This document shows, piece after piece, positions 14,928 through 23,372 of a stretch of DNA of 24,000 nt. Location: NCBI GenBank assembly GCA_020850735.1, contig JADZEE010000027.1, forward strand, positions 1 to 24,000, read 5' to 3'. This DNA comes from Gammaproteobacteria bacterium (lineage in GTDB: Bacteria; Pseudomonadota; Gammaproteobacteria; JADZEE01). The notes beneath the pieces are model-generated. The model did not search any database, was not told the origin of the DNA, and worked only from the letters and a program-made list of their open reading frames with translations. The position numbers and the translations under genes are program-made. Numbering within the stretch: position 1 is the stretch's first letter; each line of letters starts with the position of its first letter.

Positions 14928-15809
14928 CTACACGTCGATCCGGGTGATTTTGCGGATGAAGAAATTACCGAGCCCCAGCCACACGATGATGCCGGCGAGC
15001 ACTCCCCAGCCGACCTTGGTCGTCCACAGCTTGGACATTGCCTCGGGCTCGAGCATGTACAGCAGCACGGCGAGCAGGAACGGCAGCAGGCTCATGACGA
15101 TGCCCTGCAGCTTGCCCTGGGCGGTGAGACTGTCGATCTTGCCTTCCATCATCTGTTTGCGGCGCAGGGTGTCGGCCAGCGACTCGAGTGTTTCGGCCAG
15201 ATTGCCGCCGACCTCCCGGCTGATACGCATCGCCGACATCACCATGGTGAAATCCTGCAGCGGCATGCGCTTTTCCATGTTGTCCAGCGACTTCTCGAAG
15301 TCCAGGCCCAGGCGCTGCTCGCGCATGAACAGCTCGAACTCCTGGCTGAGCGGTGGCGGTTGCTCCTTGACCAGGGACTCCAGCGCGATGTTCAGGCTCG
15401 CACCGGCGCGCATCGATCCGGAAACGAGCAGCAGGCCGTCGGGCAGCTGCCGTTCAAAGCGTTTCAGCCTCTTTTTGCGCATCGCGCGGTAGAAAAACCC
15501 CGGCAGGATGATCAGCACGCCGAGCAGCACCAGCGCCGAGATTGCGTCGCGCGTGATCGCCCACACCAGCAGCGGCAGCACCACGATCGCGGCGATGTTC
15601 ATGTAGAACAGCCTCGTCGCGTCGACGAACATGAACATGTCCGCCATGTTCGTGCTCGCGCTGTCGGTGAAGGTCGACTGGTAGCGCGCCATGAAACTCT
15701 GCCCCTGGACGAGCGTGGCGTAGACCAGCAGCGCCGCCGACAGGAAGGCGAGTGTTATGACGACCAGGAACAGGATGTCGCCACCGATGTCGAGCATGAA
15801 TGCCTTCAT
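14928..15809 (-). CDS. tadB: Flp pilus assembly inner-membrane platform protein TadB (T2SS F family)
   Basis: 293 aa. T2SSF-like domain 'QLPDGLLLVSGSMRAGASLNIALESLVKEQPPPLSQEFELFMREQRLGLDFEKSLDNMEKRMP' plus flanking TM segments. Lies directly downstream of cpaF. Confidence 0.85.
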   Translation of the reverse strand: MKAFMLDIGGDILFLVVITLAFLSAALLVYATLVQGQSFMARYQSTFTDSASTNMADMFMFVDATRLFYMNIAAIVVLPLLVWAITRDAISALVLLGVLIILPGFFYRAMRKKRLKRFERQLPDGLLLVSGSMRAGASLNIALESLVKEQPPPLSQEFELFMREQRLGLDFEKSLDNMEKRMPLQDFTMVMSAMRISREVGGNLAETLESLADTLRRKQMMEGKIDSLTAQGKLQGIVMSLLPFLLAVLLYMLEPEAMSKLWTTKVGWGVLAGIIVWLGLGNFFIRKITRIDV

Positions 15810-15820
15810 GGCGGGGCCCC

Positions 15821-17482
15821 CTACTGGAAGATGCTCATGTCGACGCCGATACCGCGTTCGCGTAGTTCCTCGTAGAACTCCGGAATGCGCCCCGTCGCGT
15901 GGTAGTGCCCGCGTACCTTACCGTTTTCGTCGAAACCCTGCTGCTGGAAGCGGAAGATGTCCTGCATCTGCACCACGCCGCTTTCGACGCCCGTGATCTC
16001 GCTGATGTTGACGACCTTGCGGCTGCCGTCGGCGAAGCGGGATATCTGCACGATGATGTCCACGGCCGAGGCCACCATCTCGCGGATCGCGAGCGCGGGC
16101 AGATCCATGCCCGACATCATCACCATGACCTCGAGACGGGAAATGAGGTCACGCGGACTGTTCGCGTGCGCCGTGGTGAGCGAGCCGTCGTGGCCGGTGT
16201 TCATGGCCTGGAGCATGTCCAGCGCCTCGCCGCCACGGCACTCGCCGACGACGATGCGGTCCGGCCGCATGCGCAGGCAGTTCTTGACCAGGTCGCGGAT
16301 GTGGATCGCGCCCTTGCCCTCCAGGTTCGGTGGCCGTGCCTCCAGGCTGACGATGTGCGGCTGCCCGAGCTTGAGCTCGGCGGCGTCCTCCACGGTGACG
16401 ATGCGCTCGGCGGAAGGAATGTAGTTCGACAGCACGTTGAGCAGTGTCGTCTTGCCGCTGCCGGTGCCGCCGGAGATGACGATGTTCTTGCGCATCTCCA
16501 CCGCCACCTTCAGGAACTTGAACATGTTGGCGTCGGCGGCGCCGAACTTGACGAGGTCCGTGTCCGCGAGCTTCTGTTTGGAGAACTTGCGGATGGTGAT
16601 GCAGGGTCCCCGCAGCGCGAGCGGCGGGATGATGGCATTGACGCGCGAGCCGTCCTTCAGGCGCGCGTCGACCATCGGTGAGCTCTCGTCGATGCGCCGG
16701 CCGAGCGGTGAGACGATGCGCTCGATCGCGGACATGACCGCGTCGTTGCTCGAGAACGTGACCGTGGATTTCTGCAGCCGGCCGGCCTTTTCGATGAAGA
16801 TCTCGTCGAACTTGTTGACCATCACTTCGGTGATGTCGTCCTGGGCGAGCAGCTCCTCCAGCGGACCGAGACCGACGGCCTCGTTGAGCACGTCGACCTC
16901 GAGCTGCTGCTTGTCGATGTTGGCCGGGAGCTTCCCGCTCATGGCCTCGACAATCTCGTGGATCATGTTCTGGACGTGTTTCCTGAGCCTGTCCTCGCTC
17001 ATGGCGCCGATGTCGGTGCGGCGCAGGTCCATGGCCTCGAGCAACTCGGAGTGGACGCGGTTGCGCCACTTGTAGCGCTCCTCCTTGAAGACCGTGGAAT
17101 CCTCCTTGATCTCGACGTGCCGCGACACGCCGATCATGGTCTTGACGTCCTCGATGTCCTCGGAATAGTCGTCGTCGGCATCCGCGGTCTCGTCGATGCC
17201 GACACTGATGAAATACGAACCGATCCGCACGACGTCCGAGGCGCGCAGCGGTCCGTGGCGTTCGACCTTCTGGTCGTTGACGTAGGTGCCGGGGCTCTTG
17301 CTCTTGTCCTCGATGAAGATGCCCTGGGCGTTGCGAGAGAGCTCCGCGTGATGCGGGGCTATGCGCCAGCCGCGCAGCTGGATCAGGTTGTCGCGCGCCT
17401 TGCCGATGCCGCACTCGTTGATCGGGCAGCGCACGCCGTGAACCTTGCGGCCTTTTTCGTCTTTTACGACCACATCGAACAT
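15821..17482 (-). CDS. cpaF: CpaF/TadA-family pilus secretion ATPase with an N-terminal FHA domain
   Basis: 553 aa. N-terminal FHA pattern ('CGIGKARDNLIQLRGWRIAPHHAELSRNAQGIFIEDKSKSPGTYVNDQKVERHGPLRASDVVRIGSYFISV'). T2SSE core with Walker A 'SGGTGSGKTT', 'IVTVEDAAEL', 'RMRPDRIVVGECRGGEALDMLQAMNTGHDGSLTTAHAN'. Confidence 0.93.
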   Translation of the reverse strand: MFDVVVKDEKGRKVHGVRCPINECGIGKARDNLIQLRGWRIAPHHAELSRNAQGIFIEDKSKSPGTYVNDQKVERHGPLRASDVVRIGSYFISVGIDETADADDDYSEDIEDVKTMIGVSRHVEIKEDSTVFKEERYKWRNRVHSELLEAMDLRRTDIGAMSEDRLRKHVQNMIHEIVEAMSGKLPANIDKQQLEVDVLNEAVGLGPLEELLAQDDITEVMVNKFDEIFIEKAGRLQKSTVTFSSNDAVMSAIERIVSPLGRRIDESSPMVDARLKDGSRVNAIIPPLALRGPCITIRKFSKQKLADTDLVKFGAADANMFKFLKVAVEMRKNIVISGGTGSGKTTLLNVLSNYIPSAERIVTVEDAAELKLGQPHIVSLEARPPNLEGKGAIHIRDLVKNCLRMRPDRIVVGECRGGEALDMLQAMNTGHDGSLTTAHANSPRDLISRLEVMVMMSGMDLPALAIREMVASAVDIIVQISRFADGSRKVVNISEITGVESGVVQMQDIFRFQQQGFDENGKVRGHYHATGRIPEFYEELRERGIGVDMSIFQ

Positions 17483-17491
17483 GGCGGTTCT

Positions 17492-18793
17492 CTACTCGAT
17501 GATCTCGATGTCCTCGGAATCGATGGACTGCTTGAAGCGCTCGATGAGGCCCCGCTGGCGTTCCATGCGACCCGCGTTCGCCTCGTCACCGGCGTCGACG
17601 ACGGTCGGTGTCACGAATATGACCAGCTCGCTCCGGCGGTTGCGGAAATTGGTGGAGCGGAACAGCGGCCCGAAGATCGGCAGGTCGCCGAAGAATTTCA
17701 GCTTGCTCAGATCCTCGCCGGCGTCCTGGTTGACCAGGCCGGAGATGACCAGCGTTTCACCCGCGTGCATGCTGATGTCGGTCTCGGTCTTGCGGGTCAG
17801 GAACCCCGGGATGCCCTGCACCGCCACCGAGGCATCGACCGCGCTGACCTCCGTGAATACGCGCGCGACGATGTTGTTCTGTACGTCCACGACCGGACTG
17901 ATGCGCAGGCTGATGCCGAACTCCTTGAATTCGACGTTGGTCTGTCCGAGCGCGCCCGTGGTCGGGATGGGCAGCTCACCGCCGGAGAGGAACTCGGCCT
18001 CACCGCCGCTGCGGGCGCTCAGGGTCGGCTCGGCGAGTATCATCGCGTCGCCGCTGGAGACCAGGAAGTTGATGCGCGAGCTGATGGCGGTGGCGATGCC
18101 GAAAAATCCGAGCGGCGGGGCCGCGCTGATCGGAATGGCATCGTCGCCCGTGAGCTTGAGGTCGGGATCGAGGACCCGGAAACGGTTGTTGTGGGCCACG
18201 TCGGCGATGAGACCGGCGCTCGGACCGGCGATCGGGTTGGTCCACTCGATGCCGAGATCCTGCAGCTTGCTGGTGTTGAACTCGGTGATTTTCACGCTCA
18301 TGAACACCATCTTGTCCGTGGGCAGGATGGGGGCGTTTTTCTGCGTGATGTCCAGGATGCCCTCGTACTCGCCCTTGACCGTCGCCAGGATCGGTTCCCA
18401 GTTCGGGTCGATCTTGCCGGACAGGACGATGCGTTCGCCGACCTCACGGACCGTCAGGCCCGGGATCTCCTTGAGCAGCTCCTGGACCTCGCTGGTGCCC
18501 TTCTTGGCGAACCCGCCGCCGACCGCGACGGTATAGGCACGCTCGCTGCCGTCCTTGAACCAGATGTGCATCGAGGTCACGCCTTCGCCCTCCGCGAGCA
18601 GCACGAGCTGTCCGTTCTTCAGCGCCGAGGTGCTGATGAGCTTGGCGTTGCCCACCGCCACGCGTTCGACGGCACCGAGTTTCATGACCTTGATTTCGCC
18701 CACGTACAGCGTGATCAGCTCGTCGTCTGCGGCACGTGCAGGTCCCAGTGCGCACAGCGTCCCCATGAGCAACGTGAAGAGAAATGTTCTCAT
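17492..18793 (-). CDS. cpaC: CpaC/RcpA-family outer-membrane secretin
   Basis: 433 aa. Signal peptide 'MRTFLFTLLMGTLCALGPARA'. Pilus-assembly N-terminal domain ('LYVGEIKVMKLGAVERVAVGNAKLIS'). C-terminal secretin domain ending 'FFGDLPIFGPLFRSTNFRNRRSELVIFVTPTVV'. Confidence 0.9.
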   Translation of the reverse strand: MRTFLFTLLMGTLCALGPARAADDELITLYVGEIKVMKLGAVERVAVGNAKLISTSALKNGQLVLLAEGEGVTSMHIWFKDGSERAYTVAVGGGFAKKGTSEVQELLKEIPGLTVREVGERIVLSGKIDPNWEPILATVKGEYEGILDITQKNAPILPTDKMVFMSVKITEFNTSKLQDLGIEWTNPIAGPSAGLIADVAHNNRFRVLDPDLKLTGDDAIPISAAPPLGFFGIATAISSRINFLVSSGDAMILAEPTLSARSGGEAEFLSGGELPIPTTGALGQTNVEFKEFGISLRISPVVDVQNNIVARVFTEVSAVDASVAVQGIPGFLTRKTETDISMHAGETLVISGLVNQDAGEDLSKLKFFGDLPIFGPLFRSTNFRNRRSELVIFVTPTVVDAGDEANAGRMERQRGLIERFKQSIDSEDIEIIE

Positions 18794-18859
18794 TGTCGTC
18801 TCATCCCCTGGTTCTATCCCATTGGTCTTGCCGGTACGCCGTCGGCGTACCGAAACGCA

Positions 18860-19450
18860 TCAGTCGAGTACCGGAATCGCTTCGACCGCTGCCACTCCGT
18901 CGCGCCCCTTGCCGCCGGAGATCAGCTCGATCGTACCGACCGCGGAACGTGGCAGATTTCTGTCAACGGGGGCCGCGACGGCGCCGCGCTGCTCCTGCGC
19001 CGACTCGTCGTCCGCCTCGTTCTCGCCCGGCGCCGTAGCCGTCGCCGCGCCGCTGCGCACGTTCACGACCGGCTGGGCCCCGCCCTCGGCGCGCGCCTGG
19101 GGCCCGTTGATGGCCTTGCCGTCACGGGTCGTGACCACACCGTCGTCGCCCACGGTCACTTCCCCCGGACTGATGGGCCGGCCATCCGGACCGCGGGCGT
19201 TGCCGCCGTCGATGAGCTTCTGCACGGCTTCCTTCTTGCTGAGGCGCTTGCCATTGGAGAACTCCAGGCCGCCGTCGGGTGTCTCGTGCAGGAAGCTCGG
19301 CAGGGTGTAGCTGCCGTTCTCGTTGCGCGTGGCACGACCGAGATCCAGGCGTATCGGTCCGCCGTCACCGTCCTCGGCATGCGCCGGTGCGAGCAACAGC
19401 GCCGCCAGGGCGGCACCGAGGACCGGACGCGTACGCATGCGAGACTTCAC
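18860..19450 (-). CDS. Secreted hypothetical protein sharing a C-terminal module with the CpaB-like protein
   Basis: 196 aa. Signal peptide 'MKSRMRTRPVLGAALAALLLAPAHA'. Contains DG-x-V motifs (PDGRPISPGEVTVGDDGVVTTRDGKAI). The C-terminus 'RSAVGTIELISGGKGRDGVAAVEAIPVLD' parallels the CpaB-like C-terminus. It lies between cpaB and cpaC in the operon. Confidence 0.6.
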   Translation of the reverse strand: MKSRMRTRPVLGAALAALLLAPAHAEDGDGGPIRLDLGRATRNENGSYTLPSFLHETPDGGLEFSNGKRLSKKEAVQKLIDGGNARGPDGRPISPGEVTVGDDGVVTTRDGKAINGPQARAEGGAQPVVNVRSGAATATAPGENEADDESAQEQRGAVAAPVDRNLPRSAVGTIELISGGKGRDGVAAVEAIPVLD

Positions 19451-19480
19451 CTCAATCCCTCTGAACGGCTGTCCCGGTGC

Positions 19481-21172
19481 CTATGGCAGGATTGGCAGCT
19501 CGCTCACCGGAGCGACGCCGTCCTTGCCCTTGCCGCCGGCAATGAGATCGATGGACCGCCGGCCCGTCTCGATGCCCGCGCCTTCGCCTTCCAGGAAGGC
19601 CTGCGCCGCCTCGTCGAAAGCCCCGCCCGGGGCACCGCCCACGGCCGCCGAGGCCGCCGCCGCTGCCGCCGCGGTACGCGCCCGCGCCGCCGCGGCCACG
19701 GCCGCGGCGCCACCGCCGACCCCGACGCCGCGTATCGGCTTGCCACTGGAATCGGTGACGGTACCGTCTGCGGCGACCCTGAGGTTCGGATCGGTCAGCA
19801 CCTCGCCGCTGGCGGTCACGACTTCGCCGTTCGCGTTGACGCGCACGCCGGTCAGCACCGTGCCGTCGGCGGCCATGACGTTGCCGTTCTCGTCGACGAG
19901 GAAGCCGTCCTTGGTCCGGGTGACCTTGGGTCCGGAAATCACGGTGCCGTCGGCGGCCATGACGGTGCCGTTGGCGAGCACCTTGACATCCTCTTTCTTG
20001 ATGACGTTGCCGTTGGCGTCGACGAAGTCGCCATTTTCGTTGACGGTATAGCCTGCCTTGGCCATGAGCGCGGCCTTGGTGGTGATCGTGCCGTCGGGCT
20101 GGACCACGATGTCGTCCGGATTGACGACCTGACCGTTTTCGTCGATGTACTGGCCGTCCTCGTTCATGCGCAGGCCCTTGGCGCCGAGCACCTTGCCGCC
20201 ACGGGTCATCACGGTGCCGTTGGCGCCGACGACGATGTCCTCTTTCTTGACCACCGTACCGTCGGGCATCACCCAGTCGCCGTTTTCGTTGATCACGGCG
20301 CCGGATGCCGCGGCGGCCTCGCGCAGCGCCGCTTCCTGCTGCATGCGCGCGGCGTTGGCGACGAGATCGAAGGCGGAAACCGTGGTGAAGCCCGCGAAGG
20401 ACTTGTCCTGGCGATTACGCAGCAGCGCCACCGGGTCGCCCGTGTCGACGGCGGTGGCCACCAGGGCGGCCTCCTCGGGCGAGACGTCCAGGGTCAGATT
20501 GGTGTAGCGCCGGCCGCTCGAGGGCTGCGGGCGGTACAGCTCGTCGAGCGTCTCGTCGTAGGCGGCCTCGCCGGTCGCCAGCACACGCACATTCTGCAGC
20601 ACCGGCACGATGAACTGGCTCGGTCCCTTCTGCTCGGCGACCTGCTGCGCGCCGGCGGCGGCCGGGGTATCCAGACCCACCGCGCTGCTGGCGATGATCA
20701 CGAAGATATCGACGAAATTACCCGGGCGTATGTGACCGCCGATGGAACTGACCTCATCGACCGTGACGGTGATCGCGCGCCGCCCCAGCTTGACGAGATC
20801 GGAGAAATCGATCGGGAAGCTGTCGTCGACGAAATTGGTCAGCAGCGGTTTGCCGGCGGGCAGCGGCTCGGTGAGAAAGCGGCCGTCGACGAGGCTCTTG
20901 AAGTCTTCCGGTCGCACCGCGTTGGGATGTACGTACTGCGCCGGCATCGAGTCGACGTTGAAGTAGGTCGATTTCAGTCGCAGCCCTTTGGGCAGATCCT
21001 GTTTCGGGGCGATGACGCGAACCATCTGCTCGGACTCCGGTCCGGCGATGCTCGCGAGCAGAGCGTTTTTCTTGCTCGTCAGGTACCAGCCCGACAGGAC
21101 GGCGGCCAGCACGCCGAAGATCACGGCGGCAACTAGGAATACGATCGTTTTTGTACCGTTTGCAGTCGCCAT
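19481..21172 (-). CDS. cpaB: CpaB/RcpC-like pilus assembly protein with a long repeat-rich C-terminal extension
   Basis: 563 aa. N-terminal TM anchor 'IVFLVAAVIFGVLAAVLSGWYL'. SAF-like segment ('VRVIAPKQDLPKGLRLKSTYF...LTEPLPAGKPLL') and an RcpC-like segment ('GRRAITVTVDEVSSIGGHIRPGNFVDIFV...VLQNVRVLATG') span the first ~270 aa. These are followed by ~190 aa of ENG/DGTV repeats, an Ala-rich linker and a conserved C-terminal motif. Confidence 0.8.
   Translation of the reverse strand: MATANGTKTIVFLVAAVIFGVLAAVLSGWYLTSKKNALLASIAGPESEQMVRVIAPKQDLPKGLRLKSTYFNVDSMPAQYVHPNAVRPEDFKSLVDGRFLTEPLPAGKPLLTNFVDDSFPIDFSDLVKLGRRAITVTVDEVSSIGGHIRPGNFVDIFVIIASSAVGLDTPAAAGAQQVAEQKGPSQFIVPVLQNVRVLATGEAAYDETLDELYRPQPSSGRRYTNLTLDVSPEEAALVATAVDTGDPVALLRNRQDKSFAGFTTVSAFDLVANAARMQQEAALREAAAASGAVINENGDWVMPDGTVVKKEDIVVGANGTVMTRGGKVLGAKGLRMNEDGQYIDENGQVVNPDDIVVQPDGTITTKAALMAKAGYTVNENGDFVDANGNVIKKEDVKVLANGTVMAADGTVISGPKVTRTKDGFLVDENGNVMAADGTVLTGVRVNANGEVVTASGEVLTDPNLRVAADGTVTDSSGKPIRGVGVGGGAAAVAAAARARTAAAAAAASAAVGGAPGGAFDEAAQAFLEGEGAGIETGRRSIDLIAGGKGKDGVAPVSELPILP
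19733..20290 (-). repeat. Degenerate coding repeats (ENGxV...DGTV units) in the CpaB-like extension
   Basis: Residues ~295-480 read NENGDWVMPDGTVVKKEDIVV / GANGTVMTRGGKVLG / DENGQVVNPDDIVVQPDGTITT / NENGDFVDANGNVIKKEDVKV / LANGTVMAADGTVISG / DENGNVMAADGTVLTG / NANGEVVTASGEVLT / AADGTVTDSSGKPI. At DNA level 'gtgccgtcggcggccatgac' recurs near 19860 and 19940. Confidence 0.6.
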
Positions 21173-21223
21173 TGCGTTCCCCTTCCCCTGGTTTTCGGTC
21201 TCGCCGTCCGCGCTCCGCGGAGC

Positions 21224-21622
21224 TCAGAACGGCGAGAGGAATTCAGCCGGATTCAACGGCAGTGCGCCGAAGTCGAATTCCCCGAGCCCCGGCAGGCTGG
21301 AGAGCAGGTATTCGTTGAGCAGGAACTCGACCATATCGAGTGGATCGTCGGCCAGGTAATCCACCATCTCGTCGGGCGCCCCCTGTGCTTCGAGCATGTT
21401 GCGGTAGCCGACGCCGTTGTCCGCGTCCGGGTATTCCGACAGTGACACGGCATAGGAGTAGCCGTCGTAATTGTTGCGGATGGCGTCGCGCAGCCCCCAG
21501 ATCACCTGATCGTTGGTCACCAGCACCAGTATGCCGAACGTCACAACGACGACGTATTCGACAAACGCCTGTCCGCGTGCCGGACGGCCCGCACGGCTGC
21601 GGCGCCCGGACAGGCCCGTCAC
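21224..21622 (-). CDS. Prepilin-like protein with a Flp-type G-xxxx-EY junction (atypical pilin/pseudopilin)
   Basis: Start proposed at GTG 21622 (GTGA overlap with the upstream stop); the listed TTG 21628 is also possible. Basic leader 'GRRSRAGRPARG' is followed by 'QAFVEYVVVVTFGILVLV' (G|xxxxEY plus a hydrophobic helix). At ~132 aa it is larger than a classical Flp pilin. Confidence 0.55.
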   Translation of the reverse strand: MTGLSGRRSRAGRPARGQAFVEYVVVVTFGILVLVTNDQVIWGLRDAIRNNYDGYSYAVSLSEYPDADNGVGYRNMLEAQGAPDEMVDYLADDPLDMVEFLLNEYLLSSLPGLGEFDFGALPLNPAEFLSPF

Positions 21623-22326
21623 CACCAACCCTCGTTGACGACCTGCGCCGTGATCACGGCTTTGCCTTCCCCTTGAACTACAACTAAATTAACACTTTCT
21701 GCGCCGTTCTTGAAGGTAAATGTGTGCATCCGGTCGCCCAGCGGCTTGTCCATCAGCACGGTCCAGCCACGATCCTTATACCAGTTGCGATAAAAGATGA
21801 CATTGCTCTCTTTGGACTTGTCGTTGCTTAATTGCAACGTCCGGCCCTTCTTGCCCGGGTCTTCACTCTCGATATCGTTATAGACCACGCTGTCGTGCAG
21901 CGCCGGGAACCCCCGGCCGATCGCGGGCAGATCGTCGGGATCCGGCAGCTTGCTCATCGCCAGATAGCCGACCACCAGATCCCGGCCTTCGGCCGTGACC
22001 TGTACGGTCATGAGATGCTCGTGTTCGACCCGGGTGAGGATCTGCCAGGGCGTGAGTTCGTCCGACGTGGTGTAACCGGGCTCCTTTTCAGTGCCCTTCG
22101 GCCAGCGCTGGCGATAGAACTCGAGGATGTCCTCGACGCTGCCCGGGCAGCGCAGCTGCCGGATCTCCATATCGATGCCGTTGAAGGTCATCGAATCACC
22201 GAGCCGCCCCACGGTGCAGCGCGGCGGCGCCGGAAACTTCGGTGTCCAGGCGAGTGCCTGCGCCGTGGTGCCGGCGAGCACGAGCGCGACCAGCATGCCG
22301 GCACAGCGCTGGCTCACGGACTGCAT
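21619..22326 (-). CDS. Secreted hypothetical protein of the tad operon
   Basis: Only the last 235 codons of the listed 628-aa ORF 21619..23505 are credible. ATG 22326. Signal peptide 'MQSVSQRCAGMLVALVLAGTTAQALA'. The mature part has ordinary globular composition and ends 'VITAQVVNEGWW'. No family recognised. Confidence 0.6.
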   Translation of the reverse strand: MQSVSQRCAGMLVALVLAGTTAQALAWTPKFPAPPRCTVGRLGDSMTFNGIDMEIRQLRCPGSVEDILEFYRQRWPKGTEKEPGYTTSDELTPWQILTRVEHEHLMTVQVTAEGRDLVVGYLAMSKLPDPDDLPAIGRGFPALHDSVVYNDIESEDPGKKGRTLQLSNDKSKESNVIFYRNWYKDRGWTVLMDKPLGDRMHTFTFKNGAESVNLVVVQGEGKAVITAQVVNEGWW

Positions 22327-23372
22327 GGCGCACGCCCCGGGTCGTCCGCGAACGAGCACAGGCCGTTCGGGCAGCTCACCGTGCCGTCCAGCCCCTCGAG
22401 CCGGTCCGAGGGCACGGCGTCGGCATTCACGTACCCGAGCCACAACCAGCCATCGGCGTTGTTGTCTAGCGGGTGCCAGCCCTGGCTGCAGTCCAGGATC
22501 TCCGGGATGAGCACACCGATGATGGCACGCACCGTGGACAGCCCGGGGATAGAGTCGATCAGCACGTCGAGCAGGCGCGTCGGGATGATGCCGCCGGTCC
22601 GATCCTGCACGTGCGCCGTACCGCCGGCATTCCACGCGTCGGTGAGCACCGCGGCCTGGGCCGAGAAGCGCAGCGTGCCGATGTCGACGTTCGTGTCGCC
22701 GCCGGTATCGCCCTGCAGCGTGCGCACGTCGATCAGGCCCGTGGGTGTGGCGACCGGGATGTCGACGGTGGCGTGTGCCAGCCCTTCGATGTTGATGACG
22801 TCGAAACTGACGTTGCTCGAACCGCCGAAAGCCGCGGCCACCGCGGCGAAGATCTCGCCGATGGCCGAAAACACGGTGTCGATCGCGCCGAGCACGGCGT
22901 TCATCACGCCCCCGGTCAGGTCGGGGGTGTCGTCGGAGCTGGTCAGCTCCGTCGTGTTGCCCGTGGCGCCGGCCCACAGCGGGTCGCCGCGGTGATCGGT
23001 CCAAAGCGGATTGCGTTCCGCGGGGCCGATGGTGGCGCCGGTGTCCGCGACGCTGTCGATGGGCCGATCGGTGCTGGTGAAAAAGCGCTTGAGCGCTTCG
23101 CGCTGCGTCTGCACGGTCCCCTTCACCGGCTGGGCGCCCGTGAAGCCGGTCGGCCGTTCGTTGTTGCTCGCGTACCAGACCGTGTACTCCCAGGCTTCGT
23201 AGCGGGCGGCCTCGATGGTGGCGTGCTGGATGTCGATGTACTTGCCGAGCAGCGGGATCAGCAGCAGCAGCGGGATGAGCACGAACGCCGCCGTGATGGC
23301 GAGCTCGGTCATGGCCTGGCCGCGCTGGGCGGGCGCGGCAGTCGGGCTCCGGCGGCGTCGGTGCGCGTTCAC
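22314..23372 (-). CDS. TadG/TadE-like pseudopilin (Flp pilus assembly)
   Basis: Start proposed at GTG 23372 (GTGA overlap with the upstream stop) rather than the listed 23459. Leader 'NAHRRRRSPTAAPAQRG' is followed by 'QAMTELAITAAFVLIPLLLLIPLLGKYIDIQHATIEAARYEAWEY' (TadE-like N-terminal domain). 352 aa. Confidence 0.65.
   Translation of the reverse strand: MNAHRRRRSPTAAPAQRGQAMTELAITAAFVLIPLLLLIPLLGKYIDIQHATIEAARYEAWEYTVWYASNNERPTGFTGAQPVKGTVQTQREALKRFFTSTDRPIDSVADTGATIGPAERNPLWTDHRGDPLWAGATGNTTELTSSDDTPDLTGGVMNAVLGAIDTVFSAIGEIFAAVAAAFGGSSNVSFDVINIEGLAHATVDIPVATPTGLIDVRTLQGDTGGDTNVDIGTLRFSAQAAVLTDAWNAGGTAHVQDRTGGIIPTRLLDVLIDSIPGLSTVRAIIGVLIPEILDCSQGWHPLDNNADGWLWLGYVNADAVPSDRLEGLDGTVSCPNGLCSFADDPGRAPCSP

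Noticed and set aside
16958-21136. 1392-aa ORF on the + strand spanning 4.2 kb
   Set aside because: It runs antisense across four well-supported minus-strand genes (cpaF, cpaC, the 196-aa gene, cpaB) and their intergenic gaps. Its D/A/G/R/V/H-rich, low-complexity composition is typical of a codon-aligned shadow frame in high-GC DNA. No recognisable motifs.
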